A DNA stretch of 33,731 nucleotides, from NCBI GenBank assembly GCA_002501805.1, contig DAOI01000029.1:2194-35924 (forward strand), read 5' to 3'. A program made the position numbers and the translations under genes. This document shows, piece by piece, positions 1-8,791 of the stretch (its first letter is position 1; each line of letters begins with the position of its first letter). The notes below the pieces were generated by a model. That model had not been told where the DNA came from. It made no database searches and saw only the letters and a program-made list of their open reading frames with translations. The DNA is from Euryarchaeota archaeon UBA463. GTDB taxonomy: Archaea; Thermoplasmatota; Poseidoniia; Poseidoniales; Thalassarchaeaceae.

Positions 1-212
1 AGTGATGCTGCCATCGGAGAATCTGTTACATGGGCCCAACCATCCATGATTGTAGCGTTCCCAGGTGCTCTGAATCCGGTCAGTGTAGTAGACCCACCTG
101 CTGTATTCACAGTGGACGGTCCAGCCCATGAAGTAGTTGCGGCGTTCGTGATAGGTGCTAGTAGCATAAGGAGCACTAGGGCTCCTGCGAGCCTCCTGCG
201 GTAGTTCGACAT
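1..212 (-). CDS. Secreted/surface protein, N-terminal part only (runs off the window start)
   Basis: Not in the ORF track; translated by hand from ATG at 212: MSNYRRRLAGALVLLMLLAPITNAATTSWAGPSTVNTAGG..., open to position 1. Basic N-region, hydrophobic core and TNA|A cleavage-like site indicate a signal peptide. Confidence 0.8.
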   Translation of the reverse strand, partial: MSNYRRRLAGALVLLMLLAPITNAATTSWAGPSTVNTAGGSTTLTGFRAPGNATIMDGWAHVTDSPMAAS

Positions 213-298
213 GCTAGCTCGTATTCTTGTACACATTATGAATGAATTGGTCGTCTTGCATGAACTGGCCAAAAACTGCATGAATTAGTCTGTAAAAA

Positions 299-373
299 TG
301 GAGCCACTGGGGAGAATTGAACTCCCGACCTTCCCATTACCAATGGGATGCTATACCCCTAAGCCACAGTGGC
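299..373 (-). tRNA. tRNA-Thr (anticodon GGT), CCA encoded
   Basis: Reverse complement folds as a cloverleaf: acceptor GCCACTG/CAGTGGC, anticodon arm TCCCA-TTGGTAA-TGGGA, T arm GGGAG-TTCAATT-CTCCC, 3' end TCCA. No intron. Confidence 0.96.
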
Positions 374-465
374 GCTGTGCGCGGGAATGGCTGACTGCCT
401 TTGGGTGTTACTATGGGCGGACTATCGATTAGCTCAAGACTGTAGTGGGTGTCGGACATTACATA

Positions 466-551
466 GCCGAGATCGCATAGCCTGGTATTGCGCATGACTG
501 GAAATCATGTGGGTTCATCCCTCCGGAGTTCAAATCTCCGTCTCGGCGCCA
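466..551 (+). tRNA. tRNA-Ser (anticodon GGA), CCA encoded
   Basis: Acceptor GCCGAGA/TCTCGGC, anticodon arm CATGA-CTGGAAA-TCATG, long variable arm, T arm CGGAG-TTCAAAT-CTCCG, 3' end GCCA with the G discriminator typical of Ser. Confidence 0.96.
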
Positions 552-617
552 CTACAACTGGCCAAATAATGCCCAAATCGTCGAGGGGCTTATGTCATCC
601 ATCTATTGGTCGTGCCC

Positions 618-1778
618 ATGGAGGGGGCGACTGTGGCGACTGACGACCTCGATGCCGAAGTGTCTGAAGTCCAAAGATTGTCTGACTTTAGTAAAGTAAC
701 AAACCTAGGGGAAAGGTCGGGTTTTCTATCATTCATCGATACCCTGTTACTGCAATTTACATTTCACGTACATACTTCGAGAAAATTTTGGGGAAAATAT
801 GAGGCTTTAGTATTGGCTCTCGCTTCGGCTTCAGTTGTATTGGGCGCTTGGGATTATGGAATCGATGAGCTTTCCTCGGGGGGCGACTGGAGCAGAGGGG
901 GGCTATTCGGCGAGGAGAGTGGTTTCCTCCATCTTGAAGAATGGTCTTTAATGCTGAGCTTGCTTACAATGATGGCTTGGGCATCAGCCTTAGTTCTGAT
1001 GTGGGCCAGATATCCGATAATGAGGGAGAATCTGGTCTTCCTTGTGGTTGCATCGTTCTCTGTCCAGCTAGGGCATATTTACTCCCACTCGGGCTCTCCA
1101 GACTTCCCCCTCGGTTCGGGGATATCGGATTTTGGAGGAGTAGCCTTGGGGAATCTCGTCATGATTTTCTTAGCTGTCTTTGTCGTTCACAGAGCCGTTA
1201 CTGAAACTAGGGACATCCATGTCGAAGAGAAGCATTCACATCCGGATCCCAGACTAGTTGAGAAGGCTTGGAAAGACCATCGCCTCGATGCCTGGAGCGC
1301 CAGCTTGGTCATTTGGGTAATTATGATTAATATCATGTCTTGGTCCGGATCTCATGCCATTTCTCAAAGGCCTCCTTTCGAGGATGGAATACTCGGAATA
1401 TCTCTACTATACGTCACCTCAGGAGTCATATCTTTCTTCCTGCTGATGCATATTGTTTGGTATCCCCATTTCATGCTGGGAGGAGGGGATCATACCATTC
1501 AGTCATCTAGGGCTAGGGAGGTCGCAGGCGTTTCAGTAGCCTCTAGAGAGGAGGCTTTGCAAGGACTATGTCCTGTTTGTGGTGCTGAAACTCCCGTTAT
1601 CAAGAAGCCTAGCGGTAAGATAGAGGCCCATTGCTCTGACTCAGAATGCAAGGGCTGGGGTGTACCTGGTGAGCCCTGTTCTTCGTGCGCCAGAATTCTA
1701 CCACTTCGTCTTAAGTGTGAAAAATGTGGCAGTAGCTCTTCTGCCACCAGTCACTTTGTCAAGACGGATGCATGGTAA
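618..1778 (+). CDS. Multi-pass membrane protein with C-terminal Cys-rich double zinc-ribbon-like tail
   Basis: About six hydrophobic segments, then CPVC...CSDSEC...CSSC...CEKC. Track starts at TTG 606; ATG 618 preferred. Confidence 0.75.
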   Translation: MEGATVATDDLDAEVSEVQRLSDFSKVTNLGERSGFLSFIDTLLLQFTFHVHTSRKFWGKYEALVLALASASVVLGAWDYGIDELSSGGDWSRGGLFGEESGFLHLEEWSLMLSLLTMMAWASALVLMWARYPIMRENLVFLVVASFSVQLGHIYSHSGSPDFPLGSGISDFGGVALGNLVMIFLAVFVVHRAVTETRDIHVEEKHSHPDPRLVEKAWKDHRLDAWSASLVIWVIMINIMSWSGSHAISQRPPFEDGILGISLLYVTSGVISFFLLMHIVWYPHFMLGGGDHTIQSSRAREVAGVSVASREEALQGLCPVCGAETPVIKKPSGKIEAHCSDSECKGWGVPGEPCSSCARILPLRLKCEKCGSSSSATSHFVKTDAW

Positions 1779-1801
1779 TAGGGTATACCAGAGTGAATAA
1801 T

Positions 1802-3070
1802 ATGTCTGATGAAGAAACCGAGGATGACAAGTCATTTATCGATAATTCATCTCTAAATTTTTTGATTAAAGTTACTTCATCGCTGGTAGTTCTGCTCAGT
1901 GTATTAATAATTTCTCTGTGGGCTGTATATCAGACTGCAGATGTGACATTCGGTGGCCCTCCCAGTTCTCTAGAACTATGGGAGGATGAATACAGGGAGA
2001 TGACAGGACTGGATAGAGTTGATGGATTCGAAGGAAGTGGAGTAAAAATCTGCATTGTTGATACTGGAATAGACATGAGCCACCCTGATCTCGAAGATGC
2101 CAATATAATTGGTTGGAATGATTTTATCTCTGGTTCTGATTCTCCTTATGATGACGAAGGCCATGGAACCGCTATGGTAGGAATTATTGCTTCAAAGGGC
2201 GGATTAAATGGAGTTTCCCCAGAAGCTGATTTACTAATTGCTAAGGCCATTTCAGATGATGGGTCTGGAACTGATTCGACAATTGCAGATGCAGTGGATT
2301 GGTGCGTTGATGGGGGCGCGGATATCATCTCTCTCAGCCTAGGTGGCAGTCAGGGATTTGGCTCTGGATTCTTCACTACCGATCAGTTAGAGGAATCTGT
2401 ACAGGAAGCGATAGATTCGGGCGTTTATGTTGTGGCGGCTGCTGGAAATGACGGGGAAGATGACGATGGTGATGTGGAGTCACCCGGTTCAGTGGAAGAC
2501 GTAATCTGTGTTGGTGCGGTTACCAGAACAAGCTCTATCTGGAGTGGGAGTTCTGTTGGGGATAACAATGGAAGATTATGGCCTAACCCAATTCTCCCTA
2601 GGCAGGACCCGGATAAGAAACCAGAAATCGTTGCACCTGGTCATGAAGTCCCAATTTTGATGGCTCAGAGTACAGGGAGTGGAACCTGGTGGGGTTGGTC
2701 AAGTGGAACCTCTGCCGCCACTGCATGGGTTTCTGGCTCGATAGCGATTTTCTTAGAGGCTAACCCTGAGATGAAAAGAGATGGGGCGCAAGGTGGGAAT
2801 TCTGCAATATCTAATCTGAAAATGATCATGTCACAGAACTCCGAGATGAAGAACGACCAGGAAGATCACGATGACCATTATGGGTACGGATTACTTCGAA
2901 TAGATTTAATCATAAATGAAACTCAAAATTCTAGTTCGGATTCTGGCCTTCTCGGCTCCAGTTTTTCTGAGTTGGAAGGCATACAAGACAAATATGTACA
3001 AGAAGTTCAAGTTACACGTCGGATGATGGCCAGTGTACCACCTGATAATTCTACGAAAGAAACAGAATGA
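1802..3070 (+). CDS. Membrane-anchored S8 (subtilisin-like) serine peptidase
   Basis: Triad motifs IVDTG, GHGTAM, SGTSAA; oxyanion motif AAAGN; KPEIVAPG; YGYG near the C-terminus; one N-terminal hydrophobic helix. Track start 1772; ATG 1802 preferred. Confidence 0.92.
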   Translation: MSDEETEDDKSFIDNSSLNFLIKVTSSLVVLLSVLIISLWAVYQTADVTFGGPPSSLELWEDEYREMTGLDRVDGFEGSGVKICIVDTGIDMSHPDLEDANIIGWNDFISGSDSPYDDEGHGTAMVGIIASKGGLNGVSPEADLLIAKAISDDGSGTDSTIADAVDWCVDGGADIISLSLGGSQGFGSGFFTTDQLEESVQEAIDSGVYVVAAAGNDGEDDDGDVESPGSVEDVICVGAVTRTSSIWSGSSVGDNNGRLWPNPILPRQDPDKKPEIVAPGHEVPILMAQSTGSGTWWGWSSGTSAATAWVSGSIAIFLEANPEMKRDGAQGGNSAISNLKMIMSQNSEMKNDQEDHDDHYGYGLLRIDLIINETQNSSSDSGLLGSSFSELEGIQDKYVQEVQVTRRMMASVPPDNSTKETE

Positions 3071-3822
3071 TTCGCGCTAACATCTTTGATGAATGAAATC
3101 CATTGATTGAATGCAATAACCTTGGACTGGGCCTCTGTTGGCTCTTCTCCAGCTACCGGGAAGCCAACGTCACCGGTGGGAACCTCTGGCTCCGGTACTA
3201 TCATTATCCCGCCTGGTGAAAGTATGTCAAATGCCGAGGATGCTGCTACGGGTCTGTCTGAATCTGGTAAATCTATGATTACTAGAGAAACAGGTAATGG
3301 AATATCACTAGGCCTAGCCGAAGACGGTAATGACGCGGAGGCTGCAGACCAGCTAGTGACTTCTGCTGTTATCTCAATCCATGGCTTAGCAATCACTCTT
3401 GACCAAGATTCTGCATTATATCTTCTGATTAGTCTATCGATAATCACTCCAAATCTGGCTCCCTCTTCAACGATAATAAAGGAGTCTGGCTTTACTCCGG
3501 GAACATCGTCAGGAATGGAGGGATCGCCACACCAAAGATCGAACAGCCACGCGGAAAGATGCCCTATCCCCCCTCCGACTAGTATGGCATTACCAAGTGG
3601 TACTCTCGATACAATATCCCTTATCCTACTCCTTAGTGATCGAGGCATTGTTCGGAGCCCCATCAAGAGCATTTGCTCCCCGATAGAAGAGGCTATCTCA
3701 GGCTCGGTATCGGTCCTATCTGGATCTTCAGAAAGTAGTCTTTCCAGCATCTCTGCGTCTGACATCTGTGGTAGTCCAAAACCATCATTGGCGGATGTCA
3801 TGAACAGCGATGGAAGCATCAT
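3007..3822 (-). CDS. Class I SAM-dependent methyltransferase-like protein (divergent)
   Basis: Gly-rich ILVGGGIGHLSAW, acidic end of next strand (FIIVEE), LVIIDLP and AFDILSPGGIMIV match Rossmann methyltransferase motifs in order. Confidence 0.65.
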   Translation of the reverse strand: MMLPSLFMTSANDGFGLPQMSDAEMLERLLSEDPDRTDTEPEIASSIGEQMLLMGLRTMPRSLRSRIRDIVSRVPLGNAILVGGGIGHLSAWLFDLWCGDPSIPDDVPGVKPDSFIIVEEGARFGVIIDRLIRRYNAESWSRVIAKPWIEITAEVTSWSAASASLPSSARPSDIPLPVSLVIIDLPDSDRPVAASSAFDILSPGGIMIVPEPEVPTGDVGFPVAGEEPTEAQSKVIAFNQWISFIKDVSANHSVSFVELSGGTLAIIRRVT

Positions 3823-3878
3823 TATTCAAGATTGGTCTGCGAGGATGCCTTCAAGAGACCCATTCGGGCCGGGCAGAC

Positions 3879-4487
3879 ATGAGCGGAGTGGGCGATGACG
3901 ACGATATTATCGCTGATGTGACTGAATGTCCAACATGTTTGACTATGACAGAACATGAAATTCTGAAGAGAGTTTCCAGGGGCAAGGGAGAGGATCTTTT
4001 GGTGAGGTGCGTCGATTGCTCCGAAGTTCATCTACTGAAACTTAGACCGAGCTCCTCCATTAGCATTAACACTACTCTCTCCGAAGGGTCTGAGAGTTCC
4101 TCAGTATTTGTTGAGTCAGATTCTGATGAGTCTATTTCAGTTGGAGATTTATTCGAAAGGGATGGTTCTTTCTGGTCTGTAACAAGGATAGAGATTGGAG
4201 ACAAGATGTCAGTTAAGTCTTGTAAAGCTGGGGAAATAGTCTCAATGTGGGCCGTGAATAAGAATACATGCGTGGTCAAGATTACCCTTACAGATGAAGA
4301 GACTAGTACTGCTTCAACAATTGACTGCGATCCAGAGAAGGAGTTCTCTTGTGGCACCGTTATGATGATAGATGGCCGTAGATGGAGAATTAGGGCAATC
4401 CATACAGGAGAGGGCAGGACATTGAGAGGGAAGAGAGTCGCTGCGGATATACGGAGAATGTATCTCCATCCAGTTGTGAAGAGTTAG
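3879..4487 (+). CDS. Archaeal zinc-finger protein (HVO_0476/COG1326-like)
   Basis: CPTC...HEILK...LLVRCVDCSEVH followed by two similar beta-rich repeats, the pattern of this family. ATG 3879 preferred to 3810, which overlaps the divergent gene. Confidence 0.8.
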   Translation: MSGVGDDDDIIADVTECPTCLTMTEHEILKRVSRGKGEDLLVRCVDCSEVHLLKLRPSSSISINTTLSEGSESSSVFVESDSDESISVGDLFERDGSFWSVTRIEIGDKMSVKSCKAGEIVSMWAVNKNTCVVKITLTDEETSTASTIDCDPEKEFSCGTVMMIDGRRWRIRAIHTGEGRTLRGKRVAADIRRMYLHPVVKS

Positions 4488-5474
4488 CTATCTCCTGTTT
4501 GTCCATGGCAGGAGTAAGGCCTTGAGGACGTGAGTTGCAACTTCTGGGTTTTCCTTCAATCTCCTTATGCCATATTCATACCACTGCTGACCATAAGGAA
4601 CGTATATCCTAGTTAGGTGTCCTTCAGAGTTTAGTTTTCTCCTTAGGTCTCCCCGTACCCCTAATAGGAACTGGAATTCATACCCCGGGCCCTTTCCTGA
4701 GAATGGCCTATGTCCACTATCAGGGGAGAGGCCATATTTATCCAATAATGATAGAGAATTATCAATCACGGGATAGTCATGGGAGGCTATTGCAGTATAT
4801 GCACCGTTTCTTAGCATATGTTCGATAGCCATATTTGTAGAATCAACAATTTCCCTATATCCAGTGTGGGCTATTTCTTTTGGCTCTAGGTAGATTCCCT
4901 TGCAAATCCTAAAGTCTGAGTTAGGTCCTAGTTCTTCGCATATCTTGTCTATGTCGGAGATGGTTCGAAATAGTCTACCTTGCAGAACAACGCCAATGTT
5001 ATTCAGCCCTTCAGACCTGATTCTAATCATCAATTCAATTGTTGAGTCGGTCACTCTGCTATCTTCCATGTCTAGTCTTACAAAAATATCATTTTCAGAT
5101 GCCTTTCTCGTTATATTTAGGATATTATCGAATGCTAATTCTTCGTCGATCAATAGTCCGAAGGCAGTCGGTTTGATCGAGATATGGGCATCAATATTAT
5201 TTTCTATGATTGAGTCGATTAGTTGGGAGTATTCTTTCAGGAAGAAGTTAGCTTCATCTATAGAAGTAATTTCCTCTCCGAGTACATCAACTGTAAAACA
5301 CGCCCCTTCGGAAGAGAGAGTTTTCATCGTAGTAATTGCATCCTCCAATTTTGGCCCGGCTACGTATCTGCTGGCCACCATACGGACTATTGGTTTTGGA
5401 GCCAGTGGCATGGTCGCGACTATGAGCTTCCCCAAGAACGCCATTAACAGTCCGAGGAGGAGTCGAGACTTCAC
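4488..5474 (-). CDS. Monofunctional proline dehydrogenase
   Basis: RYVAG, DVLGE, SIKPT, RLDMED, RICKGIY, IASHD, EFQFLLG, RIYVPYG.WY.Y..RRL.ENP motifs. Confidence 0.93.
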   Translation of the reverse strand: MKSRLLLGLLMAFLGKLIVATMPLAPKPIVRMVASRYVAGPKLEDAITTMKTLSSEGACFTVDVLGEEITSIDEANFFLKEYSQLIDSIIENNIDAHISIKPTAFGLLIDEELAFDNILNITRKASENDIFVRLDMEDSRVTDSTIELMIRIRSEGLNNIGVVLQGRLFRTISDIDKICEELGPNSDFRICKGIYLEPKEIAHTGYREIVDSTNMAIEHMLRNGAYTAIASHDYPVIDNSLSLLDKYGLSPDSGHRPFSGKGPGYEFQFLLGVRGDLRRKLNSEGHLTRIYVPYGQQWYEYGIRRLKENPEVATHVLKALLLPWTNRR

Positions 5475-6421
5475 GATTGCTCTTGAGAGATCTCTTTACC
5501 TCTACGGATTAGTATGTCATTTTTGGCAAGAAATTTACTAATTTCGTCTCGTTGCCAGCCCTTGAATGACTTCCGATCCAGATGAACGAATATGTCTGCT
5601 CCAGGGAATGCTTTCTTGGTAGATTCGATAGCTGAAAGAATCGAGTCCTGCCACAAAATAGTTGATCTGCCCCCAGCAATATGATCAGTAGTGCCGAAAT
5701 CTAGCGAGTAGCCGGCCAAAACATGACCTAGCCAGATATTTTCATTCTCCACCACTGCTTTGTGTCTTGGGGCATAATGCCCCCCTCCAAGCCCGACCAT
5801 GACATTCCCTTCTCCTTTCCAGTTACCCAGTGGAGTACTGCCATTTAGACCCAGAACTTTGCAAAGAACTCTGGCCCACAGGTTGAGCGCGTCTTCCCTA
5901 CTCCAGTCAGACTTTGTAGATCCAATCTCGATGTAAAGAGTAGGTGAATCTAGAACTGGTCCATGATGTGTTGCCTCCAATGTGAGATCAAAATATTCAT
6001 CTAATTTTTTCTCTCGTGCATCCTTCAACATCTCCCTGTACAGTGATGCAAACCTTGGAGAAGGGGGGACCAATTGACCGTTGATACCGCCTGATTTTCC
6101 AGGTATTCCAGGGGGATTAATACCAGGTAATCCGATAGCATGCAGAGTTATTGCAGGAGTGTCTGTTGAGGAGACGTGCCTGGAAAGTACTAAGACTTCG
6201 TTTATTTCACAAGAGACCTCGTTTTCGTGGACCATGTCTATCGAGTCTGCATGAACATGAATTTTTTCAATAGACAGAATGTGAACATCGCAAATCAGGT
6301 GTTTTACTACGAGACCGTGGGGGAACACCTCCTCTTGATCCCACTCAGAGGCCCTGAGTAATGAGTCTCGGAGGTTAACCGATGCATCATCGGACTCGGA
6401 ACATAGAATCAGAGTCGTCAT
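5471..6421 (-). CDS. dtdA: Archaeal D-aminoacyl-tRNA deacylase (DTD2/GEK1 family)
   Basis: LSRH, TLH, TLEATHHGP, IEIGS and GGGHYAP signature motifs. Confidence 0.92.
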   Translation of the reverse strand: MTTLILCSESDDASVNLRDSLLRASEWDQEEVFPHGLVVKHLICDVHILSIEKIHVHADSIDMVHENEVSCEINEVLVLSRHVSSTDTPAITLHAIGLPGINPPGIPGKSGGINGQLVPPSPRFASLYREMLKDAREKKLDEYFDLTLEATHHGPVLDSPTLYIEIGSTKSDWSREDALNLWARVLCKVLGLNGSTPLGNWKGEGNVMVGLGGGHYAPRHKAVVENENIWLGHVLAGYSLDFGTTDHIAGGRSTILWQDSILSAIESTKKAFPGADIFVHLDRKSFKGWQRDEISKFLAKNDILIRRGKEISQEQS

Positions 6422-6496
6422 GTTACTCGCAGGGGAGCCATGTATTCAATATTACAGCCACACCTTCAAGCAGTAGTGTCGGGACGAGGACTCAGA

Positions 6497-7420
6497 ATGG
6501 TGAGTGACATAGGGTTCAATCCTGTCAGAATCGATAGAGGCGCGGGGCACTCTTTGATAGTTGGCTCGGACGGGCAAATGCTGGAAATGGATAATCATAA
6601 AGGGCAGGTCAGTGAGGGAGCGATGTATCCATTTCCGGGAGTTTCATCGTGTGGGGTCGTTAGCTCCGATAGTTGGATTGGCTCGTGGGTTGACAGAAGT
6701 ATGAGGAAGGCCTACATGGGCTCATTCCCATTAGGTGAAAAATGGGAATCTGCTAACCCAGACTCTGATGTCTCGGGAAATAGAGACGTTGATGAATCAG
6801 TAAGTAAATCTGCCTCTTGGACTAGGGAACTCCAGTCCGAGCCTCTAGCCATGTGTACTGTTGATGAGAATGTCGTTTTTGCATGTCTTGGTTCTGGGAT
6901 ATACATGATAGATGGGAACGCAAGTGAGATTTGGAGGTCACCATACCCCCGATGGAGAGAGCTTGAGGACCTGGTTGGAATAGATTCGATTGTTTCCCTA
7001 CTTAGGAAGGGGGATGAGATATATGCATTCTCATCATCTGGAGGCTATTCGGTTGTCTCCATTATTACTGGACACGAGATAAATAACGGTATTCTACCGA
7101 ATCTCCCAGAAAGAGTACGTGATGTCAGATTTGATCAGGATTCGGGGTGGATAATAATGTTATATGGCAAGAATATGGCCATAATGAGTGACCTGAATTC
7201 GAAGCCGGTCATATTCAGAGTGCCCGGACCTGTGATGGACGTGTCCCCTTATGATGGAGGGTGGAAATGGACTGGATGGAGGCATGACGGATATCTCTCC
7301 AATGGGAAGCTGAATACCTTTGGAAGGAACGAGGTAGGAATATCTCTAATGGGCGATATGGTACTGACCAATAGTGGCTCTTGGAGTAGTTTTTACAGCG
7401 ATAATCAGAAGTTCTTGTGA
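6497..7420 (+). CDS. Hypothetical protein, possibly a beta-propeller
   Basis: Long ORF filling the gap between dtdA and rps27ae; Trp/Gly-rich short strands such as [13 protein letters not shown]. Track start 6440 is only 18 nt from the divergent dtdA start, so ATG 6497 preferred. Confidence 0.65.
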   Translation: MVSDIGFNPVRIDRGAGHSLIVGSDGQMLEMDNHKGQVSEGAMYPFPGVSSCGVVSSDSWIGSWVDRSMRKAYMGSFPLGEKWESANPDSDVSGNRDVDESVSKSASWTRELQSEPLAMCTVDENVVFACLGSGIYMIDGNASEIWRSPYPRWRELEDLVGIDSIVSLLRKGDEIYAFSSSGGYSVVSIITGHEINNGILPNLPERVRDVRFDQDSGWIIMLYGKNMAIMSDLNSKPVIFRVPGPVMDVSPYDGGWKWTGWRHDGYLSNGKLNTFGRNEVGISLMGDMVLTNSGSWSSFYSDNQKFL

Positions 7421-7602
7421 ATCTCTGTTCCATCGTTCAAGCGTGTGTATCCGCACTTGCCACACGACTTGCGATCTTTATGTACGGCTAGGAAAACACC
7501 GGGTCCGCAACTAGGGTTGGGACAGGAGTCGCCTCGTACTAATTTGTCATCTTCGATCTTGTACTTTGACCACTTCGAGTTGGCATTCGGGCTGTCTGAC
7601 AT
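7405..7602 (-). CDS. rps27ae: 30S ribosomal protein S27ae (eS31)
   Basis: [27 protein letters not shown]; ATG overlaps the rps24e stop (TGATG). Confidence 0.95.
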   Translation of the reverse strand: MSDSPNANSKWSKYKIEDDKLVRGDSCPNPSCGPGVFLAVHKDRKSCGKCGYTRLNDGTEIHKNF

Positions 7603-7919
7603 CACTCATCCCCTCCTTCTCCGTCAGCTGATGAGTCGTCTCCTCTAACCTTCTTATGCCTCTCGACTATGAAATCTGGCTCGATGGAAGATGCTTCCTC
7701 TGTAGAGTATACTAGTGCCAGTCCAGTAGTTCTTGGCATTCCGAATCTCGTTGAAACGTCCTTGATGAAAATAAGCTCTTCCTTTGAACCGGGTTCGACC
7801 TTAGCAGCGGCAGAAACCATCTGTGAAAGATCGGGAGTAGGAGAATTAGGGTGGTCCCAAACAAATCTAATTTCGACCCTGTTTAGCAATGGGTTATCTT
7901 TTCTTTCAATTACTTGCAT
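7602..7919 (-). CDS. rps24e: 30S ribosomal protein S24e (eS24)
   Basis: [15 protein letters not shown]....G.A.VY motifs; position next to rps27ae. Confidence 0.93.
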   Translation of the reverse strand: MQVIERKDNPLLNRVEIRFVWDHPNSPTPDLSQMVSAAAKVEPGSKEELIFIKDVSTRFGMPRTTGLALVYSTEEASSIEPDFIVERHKKVRGDDSSADGEGGDE

Positions 7920-7927
7920 TTATTCAC

Positions 7928-8146
7928 CTACCTGATGTTGACTTTCAGAGCATAATTGCCCGGCCTAGTAATATTCAGCCTCTTGGCGACTTCTGACCTG
8001 CCTGGATTAAGAATTACTACAAATCCTTGCCAATCAGTAGTTACAGGAGAATTAGGGCAATGGGGACATTGAACTGGATCCTTTTTGTTCTCTGGCTCAG
8101 GTAGAATCTGATTACATTCGCCACATGCAAATGGTTGCTTAGCCAT
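7928..8146 (-). CDS. spt4: Transcription elongation factor Spt4 (RpoE'')
   Basis: ACGEC...CPHC...TTDWQGFVVILNP..SEVAKRLNI..PGNYALKV. ATG 8146 lies immediately after the rpoE' stop. Confidence 0.93.
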   Translation of the reverse strand: MAKQPFACGECNQILPEPENKKDPVQCPHCPNSPVTTDWQGFVVILNPGRSEVAKRLNITRPGNYALKVNIR

Positions 8147-8147
8147 T

Positions 8148-8696
8148 CTAATCATTCTCCGTAATCCAACCAGCGGCGCCAAGACCGTCCATCTTACAAT
8201 TTAGGCCAATCTTACTTGCCCTTGGATCGTTCTGATTGATAGCTTTGGAAACTACCCTGGAGCGTACGTGGGATCCTTCTTCTATGTGCTTTCCAGATTG
8301 AGCTCCCTCAATCCTCCTTATGCCCATGTTAACCTGAATTGGCTCATCTAAAATCTGTGACTTGTGGAGTAACGCCTCAACGGGCCCAATCCTTACGAAT
8401 GCCCCGTATTCAGAGACATCGGATACATATCCATCAACCACTTCATTATTCTCCATATTGAAGAGTAGTGCCTTGAAGCTGACAGCTTGGTAGATTGCCC
8501 CATCTCCATGTATGATTTTTCCCCTTCCAACTGGTTTGTGATCAAAAGTTAAAACAGTGTAATTTTCATCAACATCAAATCGTCCCTCGAAGGCATCATT
8601 GGCGAGACTGTCTATGTGGTCGACTAGACTCTGTCCCTCTCTGATATACTCTGCTGGAATACGAATAGTGTCTTCTCGCTCAACAATACTGTACAT
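8148..8696 (-). CDS. rpoE: DNA-directed RNA polymerase subunit E' (Rpo7)
   Basis: MY...EDTIRIP, GKIIHGDGAIY, S1 domain YGAFVRIGPVEALLHKSQI, KIGL...GLG...W. GGAGG 7 nt upstream of ATG 8696 supports this start over 8858. Confidence 0.94.
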   Translation of the reverse strand: MYSIVEREDTIRIPAEYIREGQSLVDHIDSLANDAFEGRFDVDENYTVLTFDHKPVGRGKIIHGDGAIYQAVSFKALLFNMENNEVVDGYVSDVSEYGAFVRIGPVEALLHKSQILDEPIQVNMGIRRIEGAQSGKHIEEGSHVRSRVVSKAINQNDPRASKIGLNCKMDGLGAAGWITEND

Positions 8697-8703
8697 TTTT
8701 TTT

Positions 8704-8708
8704 CCTCC
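8704..8708 (-). promoter_or_regulatory. Shine-Dalgarno sequence of rpoE'
   Basis: Minus strand reads GGAGG-AAAAAAA-ATG. Confidence 0.75.
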
Positions 8709-8713
8709 AAAAC

Positions 8714-8791
8714 AGACCTCTCCAAGGTTTGCCAGGACGGGTGGGATATCCCTCCCGTCCTTCATCGGCTGAGCCTCTGGAGGAGAAGTCC
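8714..8791 (-). promoter_or_regulatory. Long imperfect hairpin in the putative 5' leader of the rpoE' operon
   Basis: Nested stems on the minus strand: GGACTTCTCC/GGAGAGGTCT, GAGG/CCTT, GCC/GGC, GGACGGG/CCCGTCC, apex GGGATATCCC. TATA-like CTTATA at 8822-8817. Confidence 0.55.

Noticed and set aside
552-3070. Possible genomic island inserted at tRNA-Ser
   Set aside because: No integrase, no duplicated tRNA 3' end noticed elsewhere in the window, and no obvious compositional shift.
3107-3898. 263-aa plus-strand ORF
   Set aside because: Antisense shadow of the methyltransferase-like gene; Ser/Ile-rich with no motif.
4900-5541. 213-aa plus-strand ORF
   Set aside because: Antisense shadow of proline dehydrogenase.
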